A DNA stretch of 64,000 nucleotides from the NCBI RefSeq assembly GCF_001194135.2, contig NC_068999.1:82219-146218 (forward strand), written 5' to 3'. The stretch is from Octopus bimaculoides. Its lineage: Eukaryota. Positions 23,641-38,070 of this stretch are shown piece by piece; position 1 is the first letter of the stretch, and each line of letters begins with the position of its first letter. Below the pieces are notes generated by a model. The model saw only the letters and a list, made by a program, of their open reading frames with translations, was not told the DNA's origin and searched no databases. The position numbers were made by a program, and so were the translations under genes.

Positions 23641-24324
23641 CACCTAATAATCGAGATGCACAATATTATAGATGCAAACCCACAAATACGGAAATGACTG
23701 TGGAGTTCCTTTCGGTTCGGGTCAATTCTGTTCGGAGTAACGTTACTTTAGCTACAAGTGGGTGGAATATTTTAATTAGTAGAATTAATAAGTTACTCTA
23801 CTTTTTTCACAGTTTGTTTAAAACTGTCGAGATGAAAATTTAGCAATATTTTCACGACTAACGTGTTTTTTATGTTTTGTTTTCATTAGTGAACTTATTA
23901 TTCTTTCTTATATTTGTACCCAAGTTTTCATTATAAAACGTAATGTAATTCGTAATAGCTACTTAGTTTTTGTGGTATGTTTCTGCAGTATTGTTATTTA
24001 TGGTGATATTTTTTCATTTCTTTCTTATACAAGCCCTATGTTTTTTCTTCAAGTCTGTCTCAGCTTTTTTGTTTAATGAATTCGTCTAGTGTTGTTTATT
24101 TATTAGTGTGTAAATGTGTACACACACACGTGTGCGTGTACGTATCCTTGTATACTTTTGTGCTTGTGTATATATACATATATATATATATATATGTGTG
24201 TGTGTGTATATATATATATACGCATATTTATGTGCATATATATATATATATAATATATATGTATATATATATATGTGCATATGTATGTATGTATGTATAT
24301 ATATATATATGCACATAAATATAC

Positions 24325-24389
<65 letters not shown>

Positions 24390-24398
24390 TATATATAT

Positions 24399-24438
<40 letters not shown>

Positions 24439-24717
24439 GTACGCATCATATGTTACATGTATATATATTTTACATATGTGTGTAAATATATATATTCGTA
24501 TACCTATGAATATATACATACAACATACATGCATACATACAACCCCCACCACACATATATATACACAAACATACAAGAACACATACAAGTAAATGTTTAT
24601 ATATATGTATCAAATGTGCATACGTATAATACCTATATAAGTATATATAAACGTGAGTGCGCGTGCGTGTCTATGTGTGTGTATGTGCATGTATACATAT
24701 ATAATGCAGTGTGTGTG

Positions 24718-24796
<79 letters not shown>

Positions 24797-25044
24797 CTAC
24801 AAAAACACAATTACGAGTGTGTGTGGAGGATGTTTTCATTAAGTGATGGCTATAATGGGAAATTGACTGAGGAGTCGTTGACAGTTTCAGTAATGGACTA
24901 AAACATCGGCTGTATTCTACAACAGCAACAACAATACCATGAACAGTGGTAGCAACAGTGACTAATAATAACGTTGTACCACCGTTTCCACTTATTGCTA
25001 ATGGCGGTAGTAGTAGTAGTAGTAGTTATAATAATTCCTTCTTA

Positions 25045-25482
25045 TTTTGGTGAAAGTCCAACAGTTTGCAGAGGAGAAGCAAGCAGATGACATCTTCCTG
25101 ATTACTTTAACAGTACATTATTTTATCGACCCAAAAAGGATGAAAAGCAAAGTGAACCTCGATGGAATTTGAACTCAGGACGTAAAGAGCCTTAAAAAAT
25201 ATCGCCAGGCATTTTGATAGCTGCATTATTGATTTTGTCCGCTCGTTATAATAATCATAATCATAATTTTCTACTCTAGGCACAAGGCCCGAAATTTTGG
25301 GGGAGGGGGCTCAGTCGATTACATCAACCCCAGTATTTGACTGGTACTTAATTTATCGACCCCCGAAAGGATGAAAGGTAAAGTCGACCTCGGCTGAATT
25401 TGAACTCAGAACGAAAAGCGCCAGAGAAGATGTCTGTAAGCCTTTTGAGCGATTCGTTAACGGTTCTGTCAGTTCGCCACCT
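25045..25482 (-). mobile_element. Two head-to-tail SINE family A copies
   Basis: The core tttatcgaccc..aaggatgaaa.g.aaagt..acctcg..ggaatttgaactcag occurs at ~25120 and ~25360, separated by an ataat-type spacer. Confidence 0.85.
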
Positions 25483-26198
25483 TTGGTTGATTTATAATAA
25501 ATATAACACATTCTTGAAGAACAAGTTATTTTGTCCTACACATACGATTAAAGACGATTAAAGACGATTATAGACGATTAAAGACGCTTCATCCTTTGCC
25601 TTCTTAACTTTTCAGGGATTTCGATGACTAGAATATCCAGTGTCTTTCTTTAAAACGAGAAGAGTGTGAATTGAGGGATATGTGGCTGCTATTCCTAGCG
25701 GCTTGAAATGTCACATAGAAGCCCCCCTTTACTTTCCTCCTCGCCACTCGCCCTCTGATTTTTTCCTCAACCTTTCGCACATTCATTCGTGTTCAAGAAA
25801 GGCTTTTTATGTTTCTACTAATTCAACTCCTTAAAGTTATTAAAATGCATTTTAACAAAATATATTTGATCTATTTTTAATATTTTGTCTAATATNNNNN
25901 NNNNNNNNNNNNNNNNNNNNNNNNNNNNNNNNNNNNNNNNNNNNNNNNNNNNNNNNNNNNNNNNNNNNNNNNNNNNNNNNNNNNNNNNNNNNNNNNNNNN
26001 NNNNNNNNNNNNNNNNNNNNNNNNNNNNNNNNNNNNNNNNNNNNNNNNNNNNNNNNNNNNNNNNNNNNNNNNNNNNNNNNNNNNNNNNNNNNNNNNNNNN
26101 NNNNNNNNNNNNNNNNNNNNNNNNNNNNNNNNNNNNNNNNNNNNNNNNNNNNNNNNNNNNNNNNNNNNNNNNNNNNNNNNNNNNNNNTATATATATAT

Positions 26199-26247
<49 letters not shown>

Positions 26248-26254
26248 GCACATA

Positions 26255-26385
26255 TATGAAAGGCATCTACACAATTTACGTCTACGGAATTCACTAACAA
26301 GACATTGGTCGGTTCGGAGCGATAGATGAAGGCACTTGCCCAAAGTGCCGCATGGTTGCAAAACAAGCTTCTTGGCCACACAGAC
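26255..26385 (-). mobile_element. SINE family B, head plus CORE-like part
   Basis: gcacttgcccaaagtgccgc...ggttgcaaaacaagcttcttggccacacag. Confidence 0.7.
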
Positions 26386-27157
26386 ATACCTAACGTTTGA
26401 TAAAAATTACACCGACTGGGACATTCTTGTTCAAAATACTGGCGATAAAACAAAAAGAATGACATCCTATAAATTACACAAGAAAAATATTTGAGAAAAA
26501 TAGAATAAATAAAAGTAAGGAAGTGTTGAAATTTTATAAGTCATTTAAGAAAAATTCTCCCCAACGTCTGGACTACAAAAATATATAAAGAAAAACAAAA
26601 AAAAAGACCACTGTGGCGACCACCACTAAGACCAAGAGCAACAAGGATATCATCAACAACAACAACAACAACAACAAAATAATAAATATGGCAGCGAATA
26701 TTTGTGGTACGAATCTTTGAAGTGGCGGTAGAACATATGTTAAATATTCGTCTATATTTTCTTTATTTACACAAGAATTCGTAGTGAATTTATTAGCAAA
26801 TTAGGAAGGAAAAAGGAAAAATTAAATAAAATAAATGAAAAAAGGAAAGGAAGAGAAAAGAAAAGAAAGCGATAACAGAAACAGTGGTAAAAGTTTACCT
26901 CAAAGAAAACAAAAAAAAAGCATGCAAAAATGTCTAATGCGGGTAGTTTGAAATTTCTAAATTAATAAATACAAAAACAAAAACAAACAAATACAATAAG
27001 ACAAATGGAGAACAGACGATAGGCGTAGCCATGTGTGTGTGTGGTAAAAGAAGGTCAGAAGTTAGCTTCGTAACAATGAAGTTTTGGTTTCGATCTGAAT
27101 ATAAGTTGACTAATACCTTGCGAGTAGACAAACTGTTTCAGAAAACTTGTGTGTGTG

Positions 27158-27209
<52 letters not shown>

Positions 27210-27249
27210 TTATCCCATAAATAATTTTTTATACTTCTATTTTTCAAAA

Positions 27250-27985
27250 TTAAGATAAACAAATTTCTTTTTTAATCTAAAATATACTCTCTTTCATTTT
27301 ATACAATGCTCTTCCATCTATCTGGACCTTCTTCCAAAATCCACGTGTCTGTGGCAAAAAATACTCTTCCAATACTGTTCTGACCTTGTCTACAGAATTC
27401 ATGTTTTTTCCGTCCAAATGATTTTGAAAACTGCGGAGTAAACGATAATCAGATGGAGCGATGTAGGGCAAATATAATGGGTGAGGCATTGTTTCCCATT
27501 CAAACTGATCCAGTCTTTGGAATGTCATCCTCACTGTATGTTGTCGAGCATTATCCTGATGGAAGTACACCTTTCGTCTTGAAACCAAAAATGGTCGTTT
27601 TTGTTCTTGCACTGACTTGAATGACTGGTTGAATGACCAAATCTAAGCTTCGTTGCTAGTTCTTCAACAGTTACGATAAGATTTTATTCCACCAGGGTTT
27701 GCAGGACATCCTTGTCGAGCTCTATATATCTTTCAGGACGTGGCTCGTCTTCTAGGCTGCAGTTTCCGGTTCGGAATTTCTGGAATCATCGTTGACACTA
27801 GCTTACGCCAATTGTCCGATCCCCATATATTGCTTTAATATTCCTCGCATTTTCTGTTGCGTTGTTGCTTTTATTGAACTCAAAGCAAAATATATCGATT
27901 ATGCTCCTTTGTCACTTACATTATAGGTTTGAAAAAATAACTGTTAAACTTGAACTGCACTCTTCAAAACTTGCACAAAGAATAA
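27250..27985 (-). mobile_element. Mariner (DD34D) transposon, internally deleted pseudogene
   Basis: N-terminal HTH region (ARNIKAIYGDRTIGVS*CQR*FQKFRTGNCSLEDEPR) joined at ~27620 to VYFHQDNARQH...HPLYLPYIAPSDYRLLRSFQNHLDGK. Confidence 0.9.
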
Positions 27986-29669
27986 GTTGATTTTTTATTT
28001 CCCACAAGGGGACAACATAGAAGGGGACATCACAATCTGATTTTGGGGCCAGAGGATTGAATGGTTATAACATAAATATGAAATTTAAAATTTACAAAGT
28101 ATGAAAATATAAAAAAAATCGAATGATAGAACACACCGGAAGACGTTACGGATGAAGTGGGGGCGGGTTTAATGATTCTTCTCATAGCAAATGCAAATTC
28201 CTTACCACTGAATGTATTTTTAAAGTTTCAAAAAATGGCGTTCAAATTATTTCAGAAAAACTTTCACATATTAGAATTATTTGTAATCGGAGAAAAGTTT
28301 CAGAAACATAAACAAAACGTACAGCTTCTTTGACACTTGGAGAGGTATTACAAGAATTCTAACAAAATAAACACACGAATGTGTTTCTACATACATACAT
28401 TTACAAATGCATGTGCATATTTATACACACACAGACAGACACACATACAGATGTGTATACATATAAATACATACATATATATAAATGCATGTGTGTGTGT
28501 ATGTATGATTATATGAATGTATGTATGTATAAGTATGTTCCTCAGAACAAGGTTTTTCACTTCCTAAAGTAAGTACTCAATACTTCCGGATGTAGATTTT
28601 AGATGTTTGTTTATAAAAGACTGGCTTGCAGTGTTACAATTTCGTTCCAATAGTTTTGGCTTTTATATATATATATATATNNNNNNNNNNNNNNNNNNNN
28701 NNNNNNNNNNNNNNNNNNNNNNNNNNNNNNNNNNNNNNNNNNNNNNNNNNNNNNNNNNNNNNNNNNNNNNNNNNNNNNNNNNNNNNNNNNNNNNNNNNNN
28801 NNNNNNNNNNNNNNNNNNNNNNNNNNNNNNNNNNNNNNNNNNNNNNNNNNNNNNNNNNNNNNNNNNNNNNNNNNNNNNNNNNNNNNNNNNNNNNNNNNNN
28901 NNNNNNNNNNNNNNNNNNNNNNNNNNNNNNNNNNNNNNNNNNNNNNNNNNNNNNNNNNNNNNNNNNNNNNNNNNNNNNNNNNNNNNNNNNNNNNNNNNNN
29001 NNNNNNNNNNNNNNNNNNNNNNNNNNNNNNNNNNNNNNNNNNNNNNNNNNNNNNNNNNNNNNNNNNNNNNNNNNNNNNNNNNNNNNNNNNNNNNNNNNNN
29101 NNNNNNNNNNNNNNNNNNNNNNNNNNNNNNNNNNNNNNNNNNNNNNNNNNNNNNNNNNNNNNNNNNNNNNNNNNNNNNNNNNNNNNNNNNNNNNNNNNNN
29201 NNNNNNNNNNNNNNNNNNNNNNNNNNNNNNNNNNNNNNNNNNNNNNNNNNNNNNNNNNNNNNNNNNNNNNNNNNNNNNNNNNNNNNNNNNNNNNNNNNNN
29301 NNNNNNNNNNNNNNNNNNNNNNNNNNNNNNNNNNNNNNNNNNNNNNNNNNNNNNNNNNNNNNNNNNNNNNNNNNNNNNNNNNNNNNNNNNNNNNNNNNNN
29401 NNNNNNNNNNNNNNNNNNNNNNNNNNNAGATGTGTATACATATAAATACATACATATATATAAATGCATGTGTGTGTGTGTGTGCGTGTGCGTGTGTAGT
29501 CATTCTGGCCGTGACCTTTGTGTTTTTTTTCTAAACATAAAGGCGTAGAAGATTCTATAATTAAACGTAATCATTTGTAAGACGATAATATGTAATTTGA
29601 GAAAAATTTGGCTGCCATCTCTAGCAGATGAGGCGATCACATTGAAAATCCCTTCTTGACTCGACGACC

Positions 29670-29725
29670 TTCATTTCAAGTGCTATACAAGGGGCCATGT
29701 GATTAAACATTGTGAAGAAAGCTAA
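29670..29725 (+). mobile_element. Possible gag/ORF1-like zinc-knuckle relic
   Basis: HFKCYTRGHVIKHC resembles CX2CX4HX4C but the first Cys is absent; very short. Confidence 0.2.
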
Positions 29726-30941
29726 AGCATCTTCAAAAAAGCTACTCAGCGAGTCGAAATTTCAGTTGAAGACGATAGAATTCCTGTTGTGGCAGTATCT
29801 TCAGAAAATGCTGCCAAGTGGAAAATCCATTGAGACATGATAGCAACCCCATCAATAATACTTAATACAGACTGATCTCTTGATTACAGAAATATATCGG
29901 TTTATTGAAGCTGAAGACTAAATATAATGCTTGGCAATAATTTGTTAACATTCATTGCATAAAATATAGGAAAGAAAAAAAGGTTGGTTGAAAAACTTAA
30001 TGTAAGAAACCCCATTTCTACAGATTTGATTTCATAAAACTTGTTAATGTTAGCATAGTTGTTATCTGAATCCAATTTTAGGTTCTACAGCCGGTTGTAA
30101 GGCTCCGGAATGGGTGTTCAAGAGCTATGGGGAACTTGAAGTTAGTTCCTAGTCATCATTCCTCCAAGACCCGCTCTGGCTTGGGATTATAGTACTTGTC
30201 AAGGGACACAGCTATAAATAAAATAGCAGAATGCATCCAGGCGAGTTGTTCTTTGGGCACGAGTCACAGAGGCCCATTAGTGTGCGAACATGCTCTGATG
30301 AGACATGAACCTGTATAACAGAGATTAGTTAGGCCCAGCATTTCAAGAGTAAGCTTGGAAGAACTGAAGACTCAGAGTAAACGGCAAATGAACCGGTAAA
30401 ATTCAATGGAGAGCCAAAGCTGTATCTTTCCCAAGAAAAATTAGGAATCTTCAGGCTTTGGCATAGAACTCTGAGATCATGATGTCTTTAGTCTTAATTT
30501 GTGAAGAAAGACTACAACAAAGTATTTTCCTTTCGATTTTGTTAATCTAGAATTGGGGTGTATACATATACATGTTCACGTAAATGATACTCAACCACAC
30601 TAAACACACAAAGCTGGTATTTTGAGCTCTCACACTTCTCTCTTTCTCCCAGATTATATACCTACTGTCGGTCCTACCACCAAACTTCCCTTTTACACCG
30701 TACCTACAATGCAAAGAGATGCGGTAAATCTAGTATCCTTTCTTCCTAATATCCTTTCTTTCCTCTGTCTATTATTTCTTTTACCTTTTTTTGATAAAGG
30801 AAATGCAATTCATTTTCACTGCACACATTGTTTAATTGTTGCTATTTTTGTTTCCTTTGTTGACGCTTTTCCATCTCGTGTTGTATGTGTCTGGACTTTG
30901 TATATTATTCTGTCAATTACTTATAAACTTCCTCACTTTAC

Positions 30942-30995
<54 letters not shown>

Positions 30996-31351
30996 CATAC
31001 ATACATACGTATACACGTGAGTGTATGTGTGTGTGTGTGTGTGTGTGTGCACGTGTGCGTGCGTGTTTCTGTGTGCAATAAAAATGCGGTAGAAACAGAA
31101 AAGAAAAAAAAAACAAAGCGAAAGAAAGTAAAATTTTTAACAATCTGAAAGTGAATCCTCCGCTTCCATTATGAAATAGAAAACAAAGGAAATCATAGCA
31201 AATTGTATAAAAAATATAGAGGAAGAATGATATGAATAAGAGTTGAAGAGAGGCAGAAAGGGAGAGGGGGAAGGGGAGAGAAAGAGGTGTTGGATGAGGG
31301 NNNNNNNNNNNNNNNNNNNNNNNNNNNNNNNNNNNNNNNNNNNNNNNNNNN

Positions 31352-31391
<40 letters not shown>

Positions 31392-31490
31392 GAGAGAGAT
31401 AGGAAGAATACAACAAATGAATTACTTTCGCAGTATTAAACTTCGGATGAAGTTCGATGCACACAAATGGTTTGGCACCAACGTCATTTG

Positions 31491-31521
<31 letters not shown>

Positions 31522-31764
31522 TAGTAGTAGTTGTTGTTGTAGTAGTTTATTTGTTTACATATTTTTTATTTTAGTTTCTGTGTTTTTAAGCAATGTCGTT
31601 GGTTTGTTAAGAATTCAATTTTCTGATGATTTAGCGGAATCTATAAAAGGAGAAAGGGTGGAGAGATATATAAGAAAGGAAAATCAAATTTCTTGTCTGT
31701 ATGTGTGTGCGTGCGTGCGTGTATGTATGTCTCTCTATATATTTACATGATTATATATATATAA

Positions 31765-32225
31765 TTATGCTGGAGCTGACAGTGCCCTGGAAAGAGAGCA
31801 TCGCTAATGCAGAGCAACGGAAGGAGACGAGGTATGAGAGATTAATCGAAGAGTGCGGAGAACGGATGGACTGTCGAGTATTACCGCCTGAAAGGAAAAG
31901 GAAGACGTTATTTAAAAGGTTTGCATTTTCGAGCTCAGAGCTGCGAAAAGTAATAAAGAGGATACAGGAAGCAGTCGAAAAGCCAGCTTCTAGATATGGC
32001 TGAAATGAGAAGACCCAAAATGACTTGAAAGCCATAACATGCCGACTGGGAAATAGCGTCGTTAGGTGAGGCTGGCTGGCTCTTAAGCAGCATCGCTCAT
32101 TGACAGGAACCTGTTGGTTCGAAGGATTGTAACACCAAACAGCTGGTCGGCTCTGGCTGCTGGAACGGAAACTAACAGGACACTGTTGGAAGGCAAATTT
32201 AGAGAGGGCGCGGACCAAAACTACA
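31765..32225 (+). mobile_element. Hero-type (RLE-clade) LINE 3' end
   Basis: IMLELTVPWKESIANAEQRKETRYERLIEEC...IQEAVEKPASR matches the Hero-type ELTVPWEE.I..A.ERK..KY motif; followed by a putative UTR. Confidence 0.8.
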
Positions 32226-32227
32226 GA

Positions 32228-32365
32228 CAAGATGAGATAACAAAGCCAAGGCTGTGAGTAGTTTTCAGGACATTTATAAGGAAAGAGATATATAGTCTTA
32301 CAGCTGTTTCTGGGATATTATGGCTATCCCTTCATCAGAGATGATGTGAGATGGTTAAATAGAGG
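32228..32365 (-). mobile_element. Penelope pLTR-like repeat (family C) carrying a hammerhead motif
   Basis: Homologous to 52865-52975 and 53350-53485 (gatgagata..aaccaaggctgtga...acatttataa...gtcttacagctgtttc). Confidence 0.7.
32296..32341 (-). ncRNA. Minimal type-I hammerhead ribozyme motif with canonical core
   Basis: tct CTGATGA a-gggata-gccataa-tatccc-a GAAAC-AGCT-GTA aga; 6-bp stem II, 3-bp stem I, GUA site. Confidence 0.7.
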
Positions 32366-32544
32366 TAATAGAGTGTATGTGAATGTATATATGTACTTAT
32401 GTATGTGTATATATGTGTGTGTATTTATGCATGTACGTGTGTGAGTATGTGTGCATAATTATGAAACTATGGGAGGAACGCACATATCGGAAATATGAAC
32501 GGTTTATGAAGCATTATTTTAAGAGATTTATAACAGAAAGACTG

Positions 32545-32600
<56 letters not shown>

Positions 32601-32609
32601 CACACACAT

Positions 32610-32676
<67 letters not shown>

Positions 32677-32829
32677 GGGTGAAGGAAAGAAGAGAGGGAG
32701 TGAGAATAGAGAATGTGGTTGTGGTGGGTTCAGGGGAAGAGAGGATGAGAAGATGGAAAGAAGTACGAGTGAAAGGCAATATGTGTAAACGTGAGCTAGA
32801 GAAAGTTCAGTTGAGAGATAATGATCGAT

Positions 32830-32883
<54 letters not shown>

Positions 32884-33124
32884 GTGGGAGTTAGGGATAT
32901 ATTTTGTCCCAGAGGATGAAAGAATTTCATTAGATATTAGTTCAGTAATGTGTGGTTGCCATGCAAGGTTATATCAGAGGTCACGTGTGGACGTATACGG
33001 TCGCCATGAGACTTTATAAACGATAATACACACAAACGCGTGCGAGCACAAACACGTCTTTCTATCTATCTATCTATACACACATATTATGTATACACAT
33101 GTATAAATATATATGTATATATAT

Positions 33125-33318
33125 ATTTCTTTATTGCCCACAAGGAGCTAAACAGAGTGGATAAACAAGGACAGACAAAGGGATTAAGTCAATTACATCG
33201 ACCCCAGTGCATAACTGGTACTTATTTAATCATCCCGTAGGGATGAAAAGCAAAGTCGACCACAGATGAATTGGAACTCAGAACGTAACGGCGTGCAAAG
33301 GATTTTGCCAGCTCGCCT

Positions 33319-33320
<2 letters not shown>
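33125..33320 (-). mobile_element. SINE family A, variant tail
   Basis: Core present; tail ttattgcccacaaggagctaaac.gag.ggataaacaaggacagacaaaggg is also seen (inverted) at 40465-40515. Confidence 0.8.
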
Positions 33321-33354
<34 letters not shown>

Positions 33355-34461
33355 TAATTTTTATTTATGTTTTCGTTTCTTATTGTGTTTAAGGTCTTTT
33401 TTATGTCCTGTACCCATATATGCATGTATGTATACATATAGATGTTGGTATGTACATATATGTATGGATATATGCATATATTTATATAATTTTATATATA
33501 TATATGCGGGGGGGGGTATCATTTTGTTTGTGCCTGTTTCCCCACTGCTTGTCAGCCGGTGTTGATTTGTTTACGTTGTGGTACTTATTCAATCGAGCAA
33601 AGTGCCCGATAGAATAAGTACCTGGTTTTAAGAAAATACGATGTAAAATCATTTTAAAACAATAATGAAAACGTTTTTTTTTTCCAAATAAGAGGTAAAT
33701 CTTTGATTGTAAGTGTACAAGAAAGATTATGTGATACACCGCATAGTATACGAGTAAGACTTTGCATTGTTCAATTGTTAATTCAGCAGTGAATATTTGA
33801 CAGTAAGTGTACCAGGAAAATTATGTAATACACCGCACAGCATATGAATAAAACATGGTTGTATTGTGACACGGTTAAATCTCAACGGAATGATTAAGTC
33901 AATAACATAATAATAACAAAACATACAACACATGATGGACATAATTACTAAAAGAATGATGATAAATGCGATGATGTATCAGTATGGCTAATATAATGAT
34001 GTATAGCATGTTTATTGCTATGGTGTATCATAATAAACTCATGCAATATCATATTTGAAATATGAAGTTATGTTTGGTGCTACATTAAATTCCACCCCAC
34101 CCGGGACTTTTGTACAGGTTTAACATCAGTAAAAGTTATTTCACAAGTTAAGGGGTAATTACTGCCACAGGAAATCTCCAAGGAAGATAATACATAAGTG
34201 AAATGAATGAGGCTCAATTGGTATATCGAAACTATGTCGATGAATAAGCTGCTTGGCAAATTATCAGAACTCTACGGGACTCATAAAAACGCGTTAGATA
34301 AAAAGAAAACAAAGCAGAAATAGAAAAGTAGTAAAGAATTTCAGGAGGAGAATAAAAATATAAAAAAAAAAAAATAGCAGAGGAAAGCGAGAATAAAAGT
34401 ATAAGTAGAATAGGAAAAATGTGAGGAAAGTAGGAAAGAGAAAAGAACATAGAAAGAGGAA

Positions 34462-34493
<32 letters not shown>

Positions 34494-34551
34494 TAAAGGC
34501 AGAGGAATCATATGAGCGCATGTACTTATATGTATCAATAGTCCTCATAAT

Positions 34552-34589
<38 letters not shown>

Positions 34590-34593
34590 GTGC

Positions 34594-34632
<39 letters not shown>

Positions 34633-35168
34633 TACATGTGCGCGCACGCGACAACGCCTTGATGGAGAAACAGATCTGGCTAGAAACACACTTTGGAATC
34701 GTTTCAAAAGATCAAAGTCTAAAATAGCTGATCGGAGATCACTTCTAATACAGTGTGATTGGAGAGTTGATTTGTGACTGCGCTGGGACGGGAAAATGTG
34801 CAAGCAATGGCAATAACGACATTTAGGCGCCATTCTGGTTTTAGTTGTATATGACCGCGTGTATATGTGTATGCATGCACACATACATGATATATATATA
34901 TATATATGCACACACACACACACACACACACACATGTATATATGCATATATGTGTACATATGATATTTGTATATACACACACATGCGTATAGTTAAATAT
35001 GTGTGTATAAGTATATATTTTCAAACATACATGTATGTGTATATAAATATATGAGTGCAGTATGTGTGTACACACACGTGAGCACGCACATACACACACA
35101 TAGGCAAACATATTTGTTTCACACATATACATGAAAAAATAATCAAAACATGTATATATCTCTCGCTC

Positions 35169-35305
<137 letters not shown>

Positions 35306-36588
35306 GTATATATATGCATATATATGTATATATATGCATATGTGTGTATAATATATGTATATATATATGTGTGTGTATAATATATGTATATATATATGTT
35401 TGTATATATGTATATATATGCGTGCATGCACATTCATAAACACACACATACTCACACATATACACAAGTACACTTAATACACTTACCCGGGGGAATTCTC
35501 GAAAATATGTGTGTAAATACACATCTCATACAATTTTATATGAAGGTATACATACATATATGTATATACTTATCTATACATATAAATACACACATACATA
35601 AATATATACACACACACACACACACACATATATATACTTACATAGGCATATATATGCACATATATACGCATACATACATATATTTGTCGATGTGTGTGTA
35701 TCTGTTTATGCATGTTTGTGAGGCTATAATGCGCACTGGCGTACGTATGACCGCACACATCCCAAATGGATGTTCATATATTTTATTGAAGTCGTCCATC
35801 TTGTTACTGACTAAAAACATGTATAAAAGGTTGGACAGTCATGTCAGCCACAGTTTTTGTAGAAGAGACGAAAGTAGGTGAGAGGTAGGACAAGAATGTC
35901 TGTCTGTCTGTCTTTATATTTATGTGCACACATATCGAAGCTCGAATGCGGATAGATGCTTATTGACAGGTGCATTTATCGAACCAGTACTTATATGCAC
36001 AGGATGTGTAAAGCGAGAATGACAGTGATAAAGAAATATTGGTGAATGTGAATGGTTGAAAAGTGAAAAACCAAAGGAGAAGAGATATTGAAAGAGCAGA
36101 ATGTGTGGAACTGGTTCGAATCTTGCCTTCTCCCATTGTCTCCTTGTGTCTGTCTCTCTATCTTTCTGCACACACGCACATATGTGTGCATGCATGTGAG
36201 TGTGTGCATATATACATACACGCGCACACACACACATACACACACACACACACACACGTTACATATACGAGAATGTATACGAGTATTACCTTAAATAGTC
36301 TACTTCATCTTGTTCCAATGCTTCATTTCACTTATCGCTCTTTTTCTCCTCATCAAGCACTTCAAAACTGTTGTCCCTTCTCTCTAGATATATTTTTCTC
36401 TCTGTCCATTTCTATCCCATGCATACGCAAACACTAATATTCACCGATCTTAATGGCTTTCAGCGTCCAAGATCTCGTGAGAGAATGAAGAAAACTTTTT
36501 TCCTAATGAATTCCTTATTTGAAACGTTGGAAAAGTTTCTTCTAAACATGTTTTAACATAAGGAACTTATCACACGATCTTGCTTCTC

Positions 36589-36728
36589 ATTTTTCAGTTG
36601 ATTTATTTTTCAGTTGATTTATTTTTCAGTTGATTTATAATGCATGCATCAGCCATGCATGCATCAGCCATGCATGCATCAGCCATGCATGCATCAGCCA
36701 TGCATGCATCAGCCATGCATGCATTAGC
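36589..36728. repeat. Adjacent perfect tandem arrays: 16-mer x3 and 15-mer x5.9
   Basis: (atttttcagttgattt)3 then (atgcatgcatcagcc)5 plus atgcatgcattagc. Confidence 0.95.
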
Positions 36729-38032
36729 ACATATGATTTTTAGTATTTTTCTGGTACCCAAAGTTTCCTTCAGACTGAGTTCTGCAATTAATTCACTGAT
36801 GGTAGAAAGTCATTTACAATTTTGCATTTTGGTTGATGTGTGCGTGTGTATATGGGTGAGTGTGTGTGTGTCTGCGTGTGCATGTATATGTACATATATA
36901 TGCAGGTGTACATATACATATATACATTCATACAGACATGGATACATGCAAATATATATCTTAAAATATATGTGCATATATGTATAGCTATCTATCAATC
37001 TATTTATATTCTACGTATATATGTGTATACACACACATAGACAGACACATACACATATGCCACACACATATTCACAGAGAGAACGCCATAGAGAAAGGGT
37101 AGAAGGAGAGGTGGGCGTTGACATCAAGATTTTGATGGAGGAGATGTTAATGATCAACTACCGTGTAACAACAATGATCTATCAGATAATATTTACAATG
37201 AGAGAATGGCTTAATAATGATTTCTAAAATTGGCCCAGGACCACACAATTTGGGGCTGAAGAGCAGAATCGATTTCATCGACCTCCAACTACTTAACCTG
37301 CGAATCATAGCGCTAGCCGTGTCTGTTGCTGTATATTTTCTAATTATTCATCTAACTTCTTGTATTGTTGAGATGAAGACCAGGCCATTGTTGGTTCGTG
37401 TTGGTTTAATGCTTCCCGGGCGGGAATGAGGTTTTTAAGAAATGTTCGTCTTTCATGTATAGTGGCCTGTAATCTATCGTTGTTATTATAATTGCTATTC
37501 TTATCATTGTTAATGTTTTTGTTTACTCCCAGGTCAGCCCTGATGAAGCAGCCCTTATGTAATCAAAGTTGTACCAGATCTGACCGACCCCATTTTTGTT
37601 TTCCGATCATTTGGTAGCAGGTAATATGTTAACTACATTGGTGTGTAACTATGCGGGACTGTGATAGTTTCGGTCCTCACCCTGTTGTAGATAATAGTAT
37701 CCAGTAAGAGTTTTGTACCGAGGATTAAGAGATAGGATTTATGGACCAGTTTTGGTAGATGAGCAGGCAGGCAGACAGAGCAAAATCATTTTGATGTCCG
37801 ACCAGTAATTTTGCGATTATCAAATAAAATCACATGTCATTATGACAGCACTTGACAATGGTCTTTGGTAGACTGAGATTTTGGCAACAGAAACTCTGTA
37901 GAATTCTATTTTGTTACAGGAATGGTGCCACTCTAGCATATTATGTACCAACATTCCTGTTTTTGTATGGCGGCCATTTATGGATCATGAAACTGATTCC
38001 GAACGGCATGTGTGTGCAAATGTGCGTGTGTG

Positions 38033-38070
<38 letters not shown>

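Noticed and set aside
30290-30400. ctCTGATGAgac and CTGAAGA...gaaccggta as hammerheads
   Set aside because: GAAA core and stem I are missing.
33726-33851. Two 32-bp direct repeats 94 bp apart, CRISPR-like spacing
   Set aside because: Only two diverged copies, eukaryotic context and no cas genes; a local duplication.
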